The notes beneath the pieces are model-generated. The model searched no databases, was not told the DNA's origin, and saw only the letters and a program-made list of their open reading frames with translations. 64,000 nucleotides of DNA, taken from Alphaproteobacteria bacterium. GTDB lineage: Bacteria; Pseudomonadota; Alphaproteobacteria; GCA-2746255. The first letter of the stretch is position 1; every line of letters begins with the position of its first letter. Location: NCBI GenBank assembly GCA_965249135.1, contig OZ252220.1, forward strand, positions 352,001 through 416,000, read 5' to 3'. Shown here one piece after another: positions 31,888 to 39,676 of the stretch. The position numbers were made by a program, and so were the translations under genes.

Positions 31888-32136
31888 ATGAGTCTGCGCG
31901 GCCTATTCACGACAGGGCTGACAGGGGCGGGCGTGAGTGGCGTTTGCTGCTTCACGCCGGCCTTGGTCTATGGCCTCGGTGCGTTTGGATTATCGGCGGC
32001 GCTGACCTGGGTGGATATCGTCCTGCTGCCGGTCTTTGGGCTTTCCCTCGGCCTTCTTGGCGTTGCCGGCTTCCGTTGGTGGCGGGGGCGGGAAGAGGCC
32101 TTTGATATCGGGAGAGGCTTCCTAGAGAGCAGCTGA
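31888..32136 (+). CDS. merF: MerF-like two-helix metal transport protein
   Basis: CCFTPALV and D.VLLP motifs; lacks a distal Cys pair. Confidence 0.7.
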   Translation: MSLRGLFTTGLTGAGVSGVCCFTPALVYGLGAFGLSAALTWVDIVLLPVFGLSLGLLGVAGFRWWRGREEAFDIGRGFLESS

Positions 32137-32207
32137 CTCTTAATCAGCGGGTCGCAATCGATACGAACGACCCCCACAGGAGGCAATCGAACCTGCGAGC
32201 GCCATGC

Positions 32208-32720
32208 CTATTCGTGGTCACGATCTTGTGAATGACCGTTTCCGTGCTCCGGCTCACCTTGGACTTCGACCGCGGGTAGGGCCATCACTCCCGTCCCGTG
32301 ACGAAAGACGAGCTCGCCTCCCTTGAAGCCCGTCACCAGAAGAAGTGCCAGCGCGGGTACCAAAACGACGTAGAAAGGGTAGGGCGGCCGTTTGCTTTTC
32401 TTTGCGATCCAGCCACCCCAGAGCGCCAAACCCCACCAGACCCCGGCCGTCGCCAGCGCCCAGTTCCGATGGTCCGTCATCGCCGCATGGCCTAGCGGAT
32501 CGTGGGCGACCGTATAGAAGGCATGAAATCCGGCTGCCACGGTGGCCAGGGTCAGCCCGGCCCCAATCCACAGATTCCAAAACGCGGTCGTGGTGAGGCC
32601 GGACGCCAAGGCGCGCCGTCGGAGAAGCGCGCCGGCCCAAAACAAGACGGCCGCCACGGTGAAAAGGGCGAGCGTGAAATGAACGAGGATCGGATGCCAA
32701 TTGGGCAGGATCTCGATCAT
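32208..32720 (-). CDS. DUF2231 membrane protein
   Basis: HPILVHF and GGELVFRHGTGV. Confidence 0.85.
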   Translation of the reverse strand: MIEILPNWHPILVHFTLALFTVAAVLFWAGALLRRRALASGLTTTAFWNLWIGAGLTLATVAAGFHAFYTVAHDPLGHAAMTDHRNWALATAGVWWGLALWGGWIAKKSKRPPYPFYVVLVPALALLLVTGFKGGELVFRHGTGVMALPAVEVQGEPEHGNGHSQDRDHE

Positions 32721-32721
32721 T

Positions 32722-33030
32722 TTATTGGTTGCTCTTCATCTTCTCTTTCCGCTCTTTCATCTTTTCCTTGTGCTCCTGCATCTTGCCCATGCGTTCCTGC
32801 ATCTTGCCCATGCGTTCCTGCATCTTGCCCATGCGTTCCTGCATCTTGCCCATGCGTTCCTGCATCTTCTTCATATGCTCCTGCATCATGCCTTTGCCTT
32901 GCATCGTTCCTTCGCCCGATTGCATCATATGACCTTTTCCGTCCGTTTTCATGTGATGCTCGCCGAAGCTAGGCGATGCAATCAAGGCCAGCGACAATGC
33001 GAGAGCTGGAATAAAAAAGAAGTTTTTCAT
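32722..33030 (-). CDS. Small periplasmic Met/His-rich repeat protein
   Basis: Signal peptide followed by MQE[RH]M[GK]K heptads; sits inside the cop operon. Confidence 0.8.
   Translation of the reverse strand: MKNFFFIPALALSLALIASPSFGEHHMKTDGKGHMMQSGEGTMQGKGMMQEHMKKMQERMGKMQERMGKMQERMGKMQERMGKMQEHKEKMKERKEKMKSNQ
32774..32868. repeat. 21-bp tandem repeat, about 4.5 copies
   Basis: Unit TCCTGCATCTTGCCCATGCGT repeated exactly; encodes MQERMGK. Confidence 0.95.
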
Positions 33031-33048
33031 CGTCTTGTCTCCTTTCGG

Positions 33049-33837
33049 TTAAAACCAAAGCCTAAAACCCGTGACGAAGGAAATGCTTTGGACGTCTCCG
33101 CCTTTGTTGCGTGCGAAGTCGGCAGTGTCGCCGACCTTGTGGCTCCAGGCCACGCCCACATAAGGCGCGAACTCGCGCTCGATCTCGTAGCGCAGACGCA
33201 AGCCCGCTTCCGCCGTGCCGAGCCCCGAGCCGACGCCGATTTCCTCGACATCCTGAACCGCAAAGTTAAGCTCGGCGCGCGGTTGCAGGATCAGCCGCTG
33301 GGTGAGCAGCAACGCGTACTCGGCTTCGATGCGGGCAGAAACGTCGCCGTCTTCGCTGGCGAAGAGGGCGGCATCGACCTCGAACCAATAAGGCGCAAGG
33401 CCCTGGATACCAACAACGCCGTAGGTCTTTGACGGGCGGGGTTTGACGTCGTGCCGAACGCCAGCCTGAAAATCGAAATAAGGCGCGATGGCGCGGCTGT
33501 AGAGCACTTGGACCTCCGCCTCCTCGAAGGCGTCGTCGTCAAAGAGGTATTCGCCTTCGGTCTTCATCCAGACCTTATGGATGTCGCCGCCCACCCAGCC
33601 TTGTGCGTCCCAAAGCAGGCGCGGCGCGCCCTCGTTCGACTGGTATTCGAAGCGGTCGGCTTGCAGAAACAGCAACGTTCCGCCGCCGCTTCCCGCCTGA
33701 AGTTTGCGTTTCGCTGCCGCCATTTTTTCCGGGTCGTAATATTCCGCAGCCGCGTTCCACGTCCCGTCCTGCGCCAAAAGAGGGGCGTTAGCGGTTGCTG
33801 CCGCAACGATGCAAGCCGCGATTGCCAGACTTCGCAT
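33049..33837 (-). CDS. copB: Copper resistance outer-membrane protein CopB
   Basis: GIQGLAPYWFE, LRLRYEIEREFAPYVG and terminal RLWF. Confidence 0.93.
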   Translation of the reverse strand: MRSLAIAACIVAAATANAPLLAQDGTWNAAAEYYDPEKMAAAKRKLQAGSGGGTLLFLQADRFEYQSNEGAPRLLWDAQGWVGGDIHKVWMKTEGEYLFDDDAFEEAEVQVLYSRAIAPYFDFQAGVRHDVKPRPSKTYGVVGIQGLAPYWFEVDAALFASEDGDVSARIEAEYALLLTQRLILQPRAELNFAVQDVEEIGVGSGLGTAEAGLRLRYEIEREFAPYVGVAWSHKVGDTADFARNKGGDVQSISFVTGFRLWF

Positions 33838-35615
33838 TACCGAACCTCCGGCATCCGGTGACGCGTATGGTCCTCGCGATGCTCAGTTGGACGTATCGCG
33901 CCCGCCCGGGTCGCGCTCGCCCGGGCTGCATGTGGCCGGACGGAGACCACCTGCATCATGCCGGCGTGCATGTGGTAGAGCAGGTGACAGTGGAAGGCCC
34001 AGTCCCCAGGCGCGTTCGCGGTGATGTCGACGGATAGTTTTTCCCCCGGCTTGACGATCACCGTGTGCTTGCGCGGCTTGTGGCCCTTGCTACCGTTCAC
34101 CAGCTCGAAGAACATGCCGTGAAGGTGGATTGGATGCGGCATCATGGTGTCGTTCACCATGGTGAGCCGCACCCGTTCGCCCTCGTGAAAAAGGATGGGG
34201 TCGACGACCTCGGAAAACTTCACGCCGTCGAACGACCACATATAGCGCTCCATGTTGCCGGTGAGATGGACCTCCACCTCGCGACTCGGCAGGCGGGTGT
34301 CCGGATTTGGATCGAGACTTCTGAGCTTGGCGTAGCTGAGCGTCCGGTGCGGAACGTCTTCGAGCCCGATCCCCGGTTCGTCCAGGCGACTCGCAGGCGC
34401 CATCGCCACATTGGTGACGCCTGGACCCATCGGATGATCGTGTTCCGTCATGGCGTGGTCGCCATGCCCCGCCATGCCCATGCCCCCCGCCATGCCCATG
34501 TCCTTCATGGTGAGCAGCGGGCGGGGCCGGAGCGGCGGCACCTTTGCCGTCATGCCCGGCCGCGGCGCCAGCGTCGCGCGGCCATAGCCCGACCGGTCGA
34601 TCGACTCGGCCATGAAGGTGAAGGCGCGCTCCGCCGTAGGCTGAACGATGATGTCATAGGTCTCCGCCACGCCCATCTGGAATTCGTCGGTTTCAAGGGG
34701 GCGCAGGTTGAGCCCGTCGGCCTGCACCACCGTCATCGGCAGGCCGGGAACGCGGACGTTGAAGATTGTCGTCGCCGAAGCGTTGATGATGCGCAGGCGT
34801 ACACGTTCGCCTGGATTGAAAAGTGCGGTCCAATTGTCCTCGGGCCCGTGGCCGTTGACCAGATAGGTATAAGTAGCCCCGGTCACATCCGCGATGTCGG
34901 TCGGCGACATGCCCATGCGCCCCCACAGGAGCCGGTCGTCCAGAGCGCTCGCCAGCCCATTCGTGCGTGCGTCTGCGAGGAAGTCGGTGAAGGCGCGTTT
35001 CTGGTAATTGAGACTCTCGCCGTTTTTCTTGAGTACGGCGAACAGGCGATGCGGGTCCATGAAGGTCCAGTCGGACAGCACGATGACGTATTCACGGTCG
35101 TACGCCACCGGATCGTTGCCGGCGGGATCGATGATGAGGGGGCCGTAATGGCCGAGCTGTTCCTGCAGCCCGGAGTGGCTGTGATACCAGTAGGTGCCCG
35201 ATTGGCGGACCGGGAAACGGTAGGTGAACGTTTCGCCGGGCCCGATGCCTGGGAAGGTGATGCCCGGCACCCCGTCCATCTGGAATGGCAGCAGGATGCC
35301 GTGCCAGTGGATCGACGTGTCCTCGTCAAGGCCATTCGTGACGCGCAGGGCGATCTCGTCGCCCTCGCGCCAGCGCAAGAGCGGGGCCGGAACCGTACCG
35401 TTGATGGTAACCGCGTTGCCGGGCCGGCCATCGATGGAAACGGGCGTCTGGCCAATTTTGAGATCAAAGGCCGTTCCGGACAGGGCGTTGATGCCGGATA
35501 GGGCGTTCGTCGTTGCACCGCGCGCCCATGCCGGGAGAAGGGCTTGATAAGCGATCAATCCGCCAACCGAGGCCGCCGTCCTCAAAAATTTTCGCCGTGT
35601 AAACATTCTTCCCAC
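33837..35615 (-). CDS. copA: Copper resistance multicopper oxidase CopA (PcoA type)
   Basis: Tat motif TRRKFL; HWH, WYHSH, HPIHLHG and HCHLLYHM copper motifs. Confidence 0.95.
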   Translation of the reverse strand: MGRMFTRRKFLRTAASVGGLIAYQALLPAWARGATTNALSGINALSGTAFDLKIGQTPVSIDGRPGNAVTINGTVPAPLLRWREGDEIALRVTNGLDEDTSIHWHGILLPFQMDGVPGITFPGIGPGETFTYRFPVRQSGTYWYHSHSGLQEQLGHYGPLIIDPAGNDPVAYDREYVIVLSDWTFMDPHRLFAVLKKNGESLNYQKRAFTDFLADARTNGLASALDDRLLWGRMGMSPTDIADVTGATYTYLVNGHGPEDNWTALFNPGERVRLRIINASATTIFNVRVPGLPMTVVQADGLNLRPLETDEFQMGVAETYDIIVQPTAERAFTFMAESIDRSGYGRATLAPRPGMTAKVPPLRPRPLLTMKDMGMAGGMGMAGHGDHAMTEHDHPMGPGVTNVAMAPASRLDEPGIGLEDVPHRTLSYAKLRSLDPNPDTRLPSREVEVHLTGNMERYMWSFDGVKFSEVVDPILFHEGERVRLTMVNDTMMPHPIHLHGMFFELVNGSKGHKPRKHTVIVKPGEKLSVDITANAPGDWAFHCHLLYHMHAGMMQVVSVRPHAARASATRAGAIRPTEHREDHTRHRMPEVR

Positions 35616-35687
35616 TCATGCATGCAGCGGTCTGTGCCGCGGCGATGTGGGCGCAAGCGCAATCAAGCGGACGGTTTGCCCGCGGGA

Positions 35688-36068
35688 TTAGAGGGAGAAG
35701 GTTCGGGGTGGCTTGGGCTGGAGAGAAGGGGAATGGCCGATGAGTTTTTGCGCCTGCACCAATCCGAATGCATTGGCGGTTCCGAAGACAGGCATTCCAT
35801 TATCAAGGGCAAGGGGGGGAGGCATGGGATTCACCGCCACCGTGCAGCAGCAGGCATCCTCGCCTGGCCCCATCGGGCAATGGGCCATGCCACCGGCTGC
35901 GGCGGCCGTTCCATAGGCAGAATCCATGTGAGAAGCGGCGGCGTGGAGATCACAAGGAACGAAACCCGCCATCGCCGGGCGCTCGGCGCCAAGAAGGAGA
36001 AAAAAGCCCAAAAGAACCCCAGCGAAAAGGACCAGATTTCCTTTTGCCTTGGGGTGTGAGGACGCCAT
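35688..36068 (-). CDS. CopL/DUF2946-like Cys/His-rich leader protein
   Basis: N-terminal hydrophobic helix, HCPM...ACCC and C-terminal PKPPR; first gene after the CueR-type promoter. Confidence 0.6.
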   Translation of the reverse strand: MASSHPKAKGNLVLFAGVLLGFFLLLGAERPAMAGFVPCDLHAAASHMDSAYGTAAAAGGMAHCPMGPGEDACCCTVAVNPMPPPLALDNGMPVFGTANAFGLVQAQKLIGHSPSLQPKPPRTFSL

Positions 36069-36108
36069 GGTTGAGGATCCTTTGGTCTCGAAGTTACCGC
36101 CTAAGTGA

Positions 36109-36139
36109 AAGATAGACCTTCCAATAGGTGGAAGGTCAA
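36109..36139 (-). promoter_or_regulatory. CueR-type promoter with perfect operator
   Basis: GACCTTCC-AATAGGT-GGAAGGTC palindrome (36115-36137); on the minus strand -35 TTGACC, 19 bp, -10 TATCTT. Confidence 0.85.
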
Positions 36140-36237
36140 CCGAAGAATACGGCCAGGAAGAAGGATTGACGTACCGTCTCGCTCCCTCTCTCATGGGGCC
36201 GGCATTGCCACCTCATATGGGATGAATACGGGTTTCC

Positions 36238-37437
36238 ATGGTCGATTTCTCCCTTTCTCCGGAAATCCGCGACTTGCAGGTGCGCATCCGCGCCTTCGTC
36301 GCCGAACGCATTCTTCCCTTGGAGGCGGATCCGGCTTCCTTTGATGCCTACGAAAACATCGCCCCCGACCTTCTCGAAAAATTGCGTGGCGAGGCGAAAA
36401 GCCAGGGTCTCTGGGCGCTTCAGATGCCCAAGGAACGTGGCGGCCAGGGCTTGAACATGGCAGGCCTGGCGGTTGCCTATGAGGAGATGGGCCATTCCAT
36501 CTTCGGGCCCGTCGTCTTCAATGCGGCGGCGCCCGATGACGGCAACATGCTGCTGCTGAACCGCATCGGAACCGAGGCGCAGAAGGATCGCTGGCTGCAG
36601 CCGATCATCGATGGCGAGCTGCGCTCTGCCTTCGCGATGACGGAGCCGAACCCCGGCGCCGGCTCCGATCCGGGTGCGATGCGCACCGTCGCTACGAAAG
36701 AAGGCAAGAACTGGATCGTCAAGGGCGAGAAGTGGTTCACGACCGGGGCCGGAGTGGCGAAGCATTTCGTTCTCGTGGTCCGCACGTCGGACGATGAAAG
36801 ACGAGGCTTGAGCGCCTTTCTCTTCCATGGCGACCAGCCGGGCTGGGAGATCACGCGCCGCATTCCGATCATGGGACCGGAGGAGCATGGCGGGCATTGT
36901 GAGCTTCGCTTCGACGGCCTGGAAATCCCCGATGAGGCGCGACTCTTAGGAGTCGGCGACGGGCTCAAGGTCACCCAGATCCGTTTGGGCACGGCACGGC
37001 TCACCCATTGCATGCGCTGGCTCGGCATGGCGAAGCGGGCGCTGGAGATCGCCAGCCACTATGTCCGTTCGCGCGAGAGTTTCGGGATGAGGCTCTCCGA
37101 ACACGAAGGCGTCCAGTGGATGCTGGGGGAGGCGGCAAAGGAAATCGCGGTAGGCCGGCTGCTCACCCTGCACGCGGCCTGGAAACTGGATCAGGGGGAT
37201 TTCGCCCGCAAGGAGGTGGCGATGGCGAAGATCCAGGTCGCCGATACGCTGCACAAGGCGGTGGACACGGCGCTTCAGCTTTGCGGGGCGAAGGGCTACT
37301 CGAAGGACATGCCCCTTGAATGGATGTACCGCTATGCCCGTCAGGCGCGCCTCGTCGACGGTGCGTCCGAGGTCCACAAGATGGTGCTGGCCCGATTCCT
37401 GATTCAGGAAGGGAGGGAGTTCTGGTCGTGGGAGTGA
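36238..37437 (+). CDS. Acyl-CoA dehydrogenase, LvaC/ACAD11-like
   Basis: APDDGNM, FAMTEP, KWFTTGA, RLTHCMRWLG and DGASEVH. Confidence 0.85.
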   Translation: MVDFSLSPEIRDLQVRIRAFVAERILPLEADPASFDAYENIAPDLLEKLRGEAKSQGLWALQMPKERGGQGLNMAGLAVAYEEMGHSIFGPVVFNAAAPDDGNMLLLNRIGTEAQKDRWLQPIIDGELRSAFAMTEPNPGAGSDPGAMRTVATKEGKNWIVKGEKWFTTGAGVAKHFVLVVRTSDDERRGLSAFLFHGDQPGWEITRRIPIMGPEEHGGHCELRFDGLEIPDEARLLGVGDGLKVTQIRLGTARLTHCMRWLGMAKRALEIASHYVRSRESFGMRLSEHEGVQWMLGEAAKEIAVGRLLTLHAAWKLDQGDFARKEVAMAKIQVADTLHKAVDTALQLCGAKGYSKDMPLEWMYRYARQARLVDGASEVHKMVLARFLIQEGREFWSWE

Positions 37438-38459
37438 CGGAGCCCGCCTCCCAAACACGCCTTGAAACCTTCCTTGCCGATGCCTGTCAGGCGAATTCCG
37501 CGACGATTTTGGGGCTTCAACCCCTAACCGGCGGCGCCGTTCAGGAGAACTGGCGTCTCGACGTCACCCTTAAAGGCGGCGCTTATGAAGGCGCGCAGGC
37601 CTGGGTGCTCCGTATCACGGCACCCGCCATGATCCCGGACAGCCATTCGCGCACGCAAGAATTCGCGATCCTGAAGGTGATGGAGGCGGAAAGAATCGCA
37701 GCACCCAAGGCCCATTTCCTCTGTCGCGACGTGCACGTTCTGGGGCGCGAATTCTTCATCATGGAACGCCTGCCCGGGGTCGCCGCCGGCCACCGGCTGG
37801 TCCGGGACGCGAGTTTAGACGGCGAGGCGCTTACCGAGCGATTGGCCCAGGAACTCGGCCGCATCCATGCCATCCGGCCACCGCGCGAGGATCTGGCGTT
37901 CCTGAACCTGCCGGAGCCGACGCCGGCGCTTGAAATAGTCGCGCGCTTTCGTCGCCAAGTTGAGGCGGAAGCGGACCCGCACCCGGTTCTCGACTGGGCC
38001 CTTCGCTGGATGGCGCTGAATGCGCCGCGGCACCAGGCCCTCGTGCTCTGCCACCGGGATTTCCGCACCGGCAATTACCTGGTCGAGGCGGGCGCGTTCA
38101 CCGGTCTTCTGGACTGGGAATTCGCGAATTGGGGGGATCCGATGGAGGACGTGGGCTGGTTCTGCGCCAAGTGCTGGCGTTTCGGGGCAGTAACGCGCGA
38201 GGCGGGCGGCATCGGCCCGCGGGCGCTTTTCTACCGCGCCTATGAGGAAAGCTCCGGCTTATCCATTGATCCCGGCGCCGTCCATTTTTGGGAGGTGACG
38301 GCGCATCTCCGATGGGCGGTCATCGCCCTTCAGCAATGCGCACGCCACTTGAGCGGGACGCTGCCCTCGCTCGAGCTTGCACTCACCGGCCGACTTGCGG
38401 CAGAGATGGAGCTTGAGATTCTTGCGCTGATCGATCGATCCGACAAAGGGAGGCTCTAA
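37434..38459 (+). CDS. APH-family phosphotransferase, LvaA-like
   Basis: GGAVQENW, HRDFRTGNY, LDWEF and GDPMEDVGW; GTGA overlap with the upstream gene. Confidence 0.85.
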   Translation: MTEPASQTRLETFLADACQANSATILGLQPLTGGAVQENWRLDVTLKGGAYEGAQAWVLRITAPAMIPDSHSRTQEFAILKVMEAERIAAPKAHFLCRDVHVLGREFFIMERLPGVAAGHRLVRDASLDGEALTERLAQELGRIHAIRPPREDLAFLNLPEPTPALEIVARFRRQVEAEADPHPVLDWALRWMALNAPRHQALVLCHRDFRTGNYLVEAGAFTGLLDWEFANWGDPMEDVGWFCAKCWRFGAVTREAGGIGPRALFYRAYEESSGLSIDPGAVHFWEVTAHLRWAVIALQQCARHLSGTLPSLELALTGRLAAEMELEILALIDRSDKGRL

Positions 38460-38870
38460 ATGCAGGATCGCCCCACCTCGGCCCAGCTTCTGGAAGCAGC
38501 CTGTGAGGCCTTTACCCGTGGGTTGTTGCCGCAAGCTTCGGGGGAGAAGCGCTATCTGGCGCTGATGGTCGCGAACGCGATGGGGATCGTAAGCCGCGAC
38601 CTTCGGACTTCGACCCAGTCATTGAAGCAAGAACGCGAGCGTCTTCAAGAGCTTTTCTCGCTTTCCTCATCCGAAATTGCAAACTCAGACGCGCTGCAGA
38701 GCGAGGTCGAGGCGCTGAACCGACGCTTGGCCGCCGAGATCGGCGCCGGTGCCTTTGATGCACCTGTCGAGGCCCGTGAACGGGTCAAGGCCCATCTTCT
38801 CGAGACCACCCGCGAGAAGCTCCGCGCCAGCAACCCGAAGCACTTAGAGGCGGAAAGGAAAGGCGAATGA
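38460..38870 (+). CDS. DUF6285 protein, LvaB-like
   Basis: MQDRPTSAQLL, Y.ALMVANAMGI..R and KL..SNPK. Confidence 0.8.
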   Translation: MQDRPTSAQLLEAACEAFTRGLLPQASGEKRYLALMVANAMGIVSRDLRTSTQSLKQERERLQELFSLSSSEIANSDALQSEVEALNRRLAAEIGAGAFDAPVEARERVKAHLLETTREKLRASNPKHLEAERKGE

Positions 38871-39184
38871 CAGTTTACCGCCCTCTGTATGGTGTCGGCG
38901 AGCTCGTCCACCATCGGCTTTTCGATTACCGGGGCGTCATCGTCGACGTCGATCCGGTCTTTCAAAACTCGGACGAATGGTACGAGGCGGTGGCCCGCTC
39001 CCGGCCGCCGAAGGACAAGCCCTGGTACCACGTCCTGGTGGACGGCGCCTTCCATCGGACCTATGTGGCCGAGCGGAATCTCGAGCCCGATGAAATGGGC
39101 GACCCGATCATGCACCCGGAGATCGGCGTTTTCTTCTCAGGCTTCGAGAAGGGGGCCTATGTGACGAACCAGCCGAAGAATTGA
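38867..39184 (+). CDS. hspQ: Heat shock protein HspQ
   Basis: HRLFDYRGVIVDVDP, PWYHVLV and YVAERNL. Confidence 0.9.
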   Translation: MTVYRPLYGVGELVHHRLFDYRGVIVDVDPVFQNSDEWYEAVARSRPPKDKPWYHVLVDGAFHRTYVAERNLEPDEMGDPIMHPEIGVFFSGFEKGAYVTNQPKN

Positions 39185-39187
39185 CGG

Positions 39188-39661
39188 CTATTTGATCTCA
39201 AAGACGTGGTAGGCGACCCCGTTCGGAATGCGCCGTCCAATCGCGATGGCCAGCACGCGGTTCAGCCAGTCGTACTTCTTGGAAGCGGTCTCGAAGCGCA
39301 TGGAACTTCGGAAATAAAGCGTCGAAGGGTCGATCTCCACGTCTTCCCAGAACCGCATGAATTTCTCCATCGTCTCCGGCGTGCCGTGGATGTAGCCATG
39401 GTAGAAGAGGTAGATGAGTTCGCCATCGTCCGTCTTGAGCTGGGTACGGACGTCGATGACCAGCGTCCCATCGTCAAGGATGCGCAGCCAATCCGCGCCT
39501 GGAGCCAGAACCTCCCCCTTCATCTTCGGGCCTTCGAATTCGCCGCCGATGACCTCGACGATCAGGCGGTGGCCGTTTTCCACCGTCTTGCCGACGTCGT
39601 GGACGGCGCCGCCCACGTAAAGCTTGATGTCGAACAGCAGCTCGCCTTGTAGCTCGGGCAA
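39188..39661 (-). CDS. DUF3237 family protein
   Basis: GGEFEGP, GADW, LKTDDG, YFR...FET and YDWLNR; TTG start with AGGAGAGG RBS. Confidence 0.85.
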   Translation of the reverse strand: MPELQGELLFDIKLYVGGAVHDVGKTVENGHRLIVEVIGGEFEGPKMKGEVLAPGADWLRILDDGTLVIDVRTQLKTDDGELIYLFYHGYIHGTPETMEKFMRFWEDVEIDPSTLYFRSSMRFETASKKYDWLNRVLAIAIGRRIPNGVAYHVFEIK

Positions 39662-39676
39662 TTGTGCTTTCCTCTC

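Noticed and set aside
32774-32868. CRISPR array
   Set aside because: Contiguous repeats without spacers, in frame within a CDS; no cas genes
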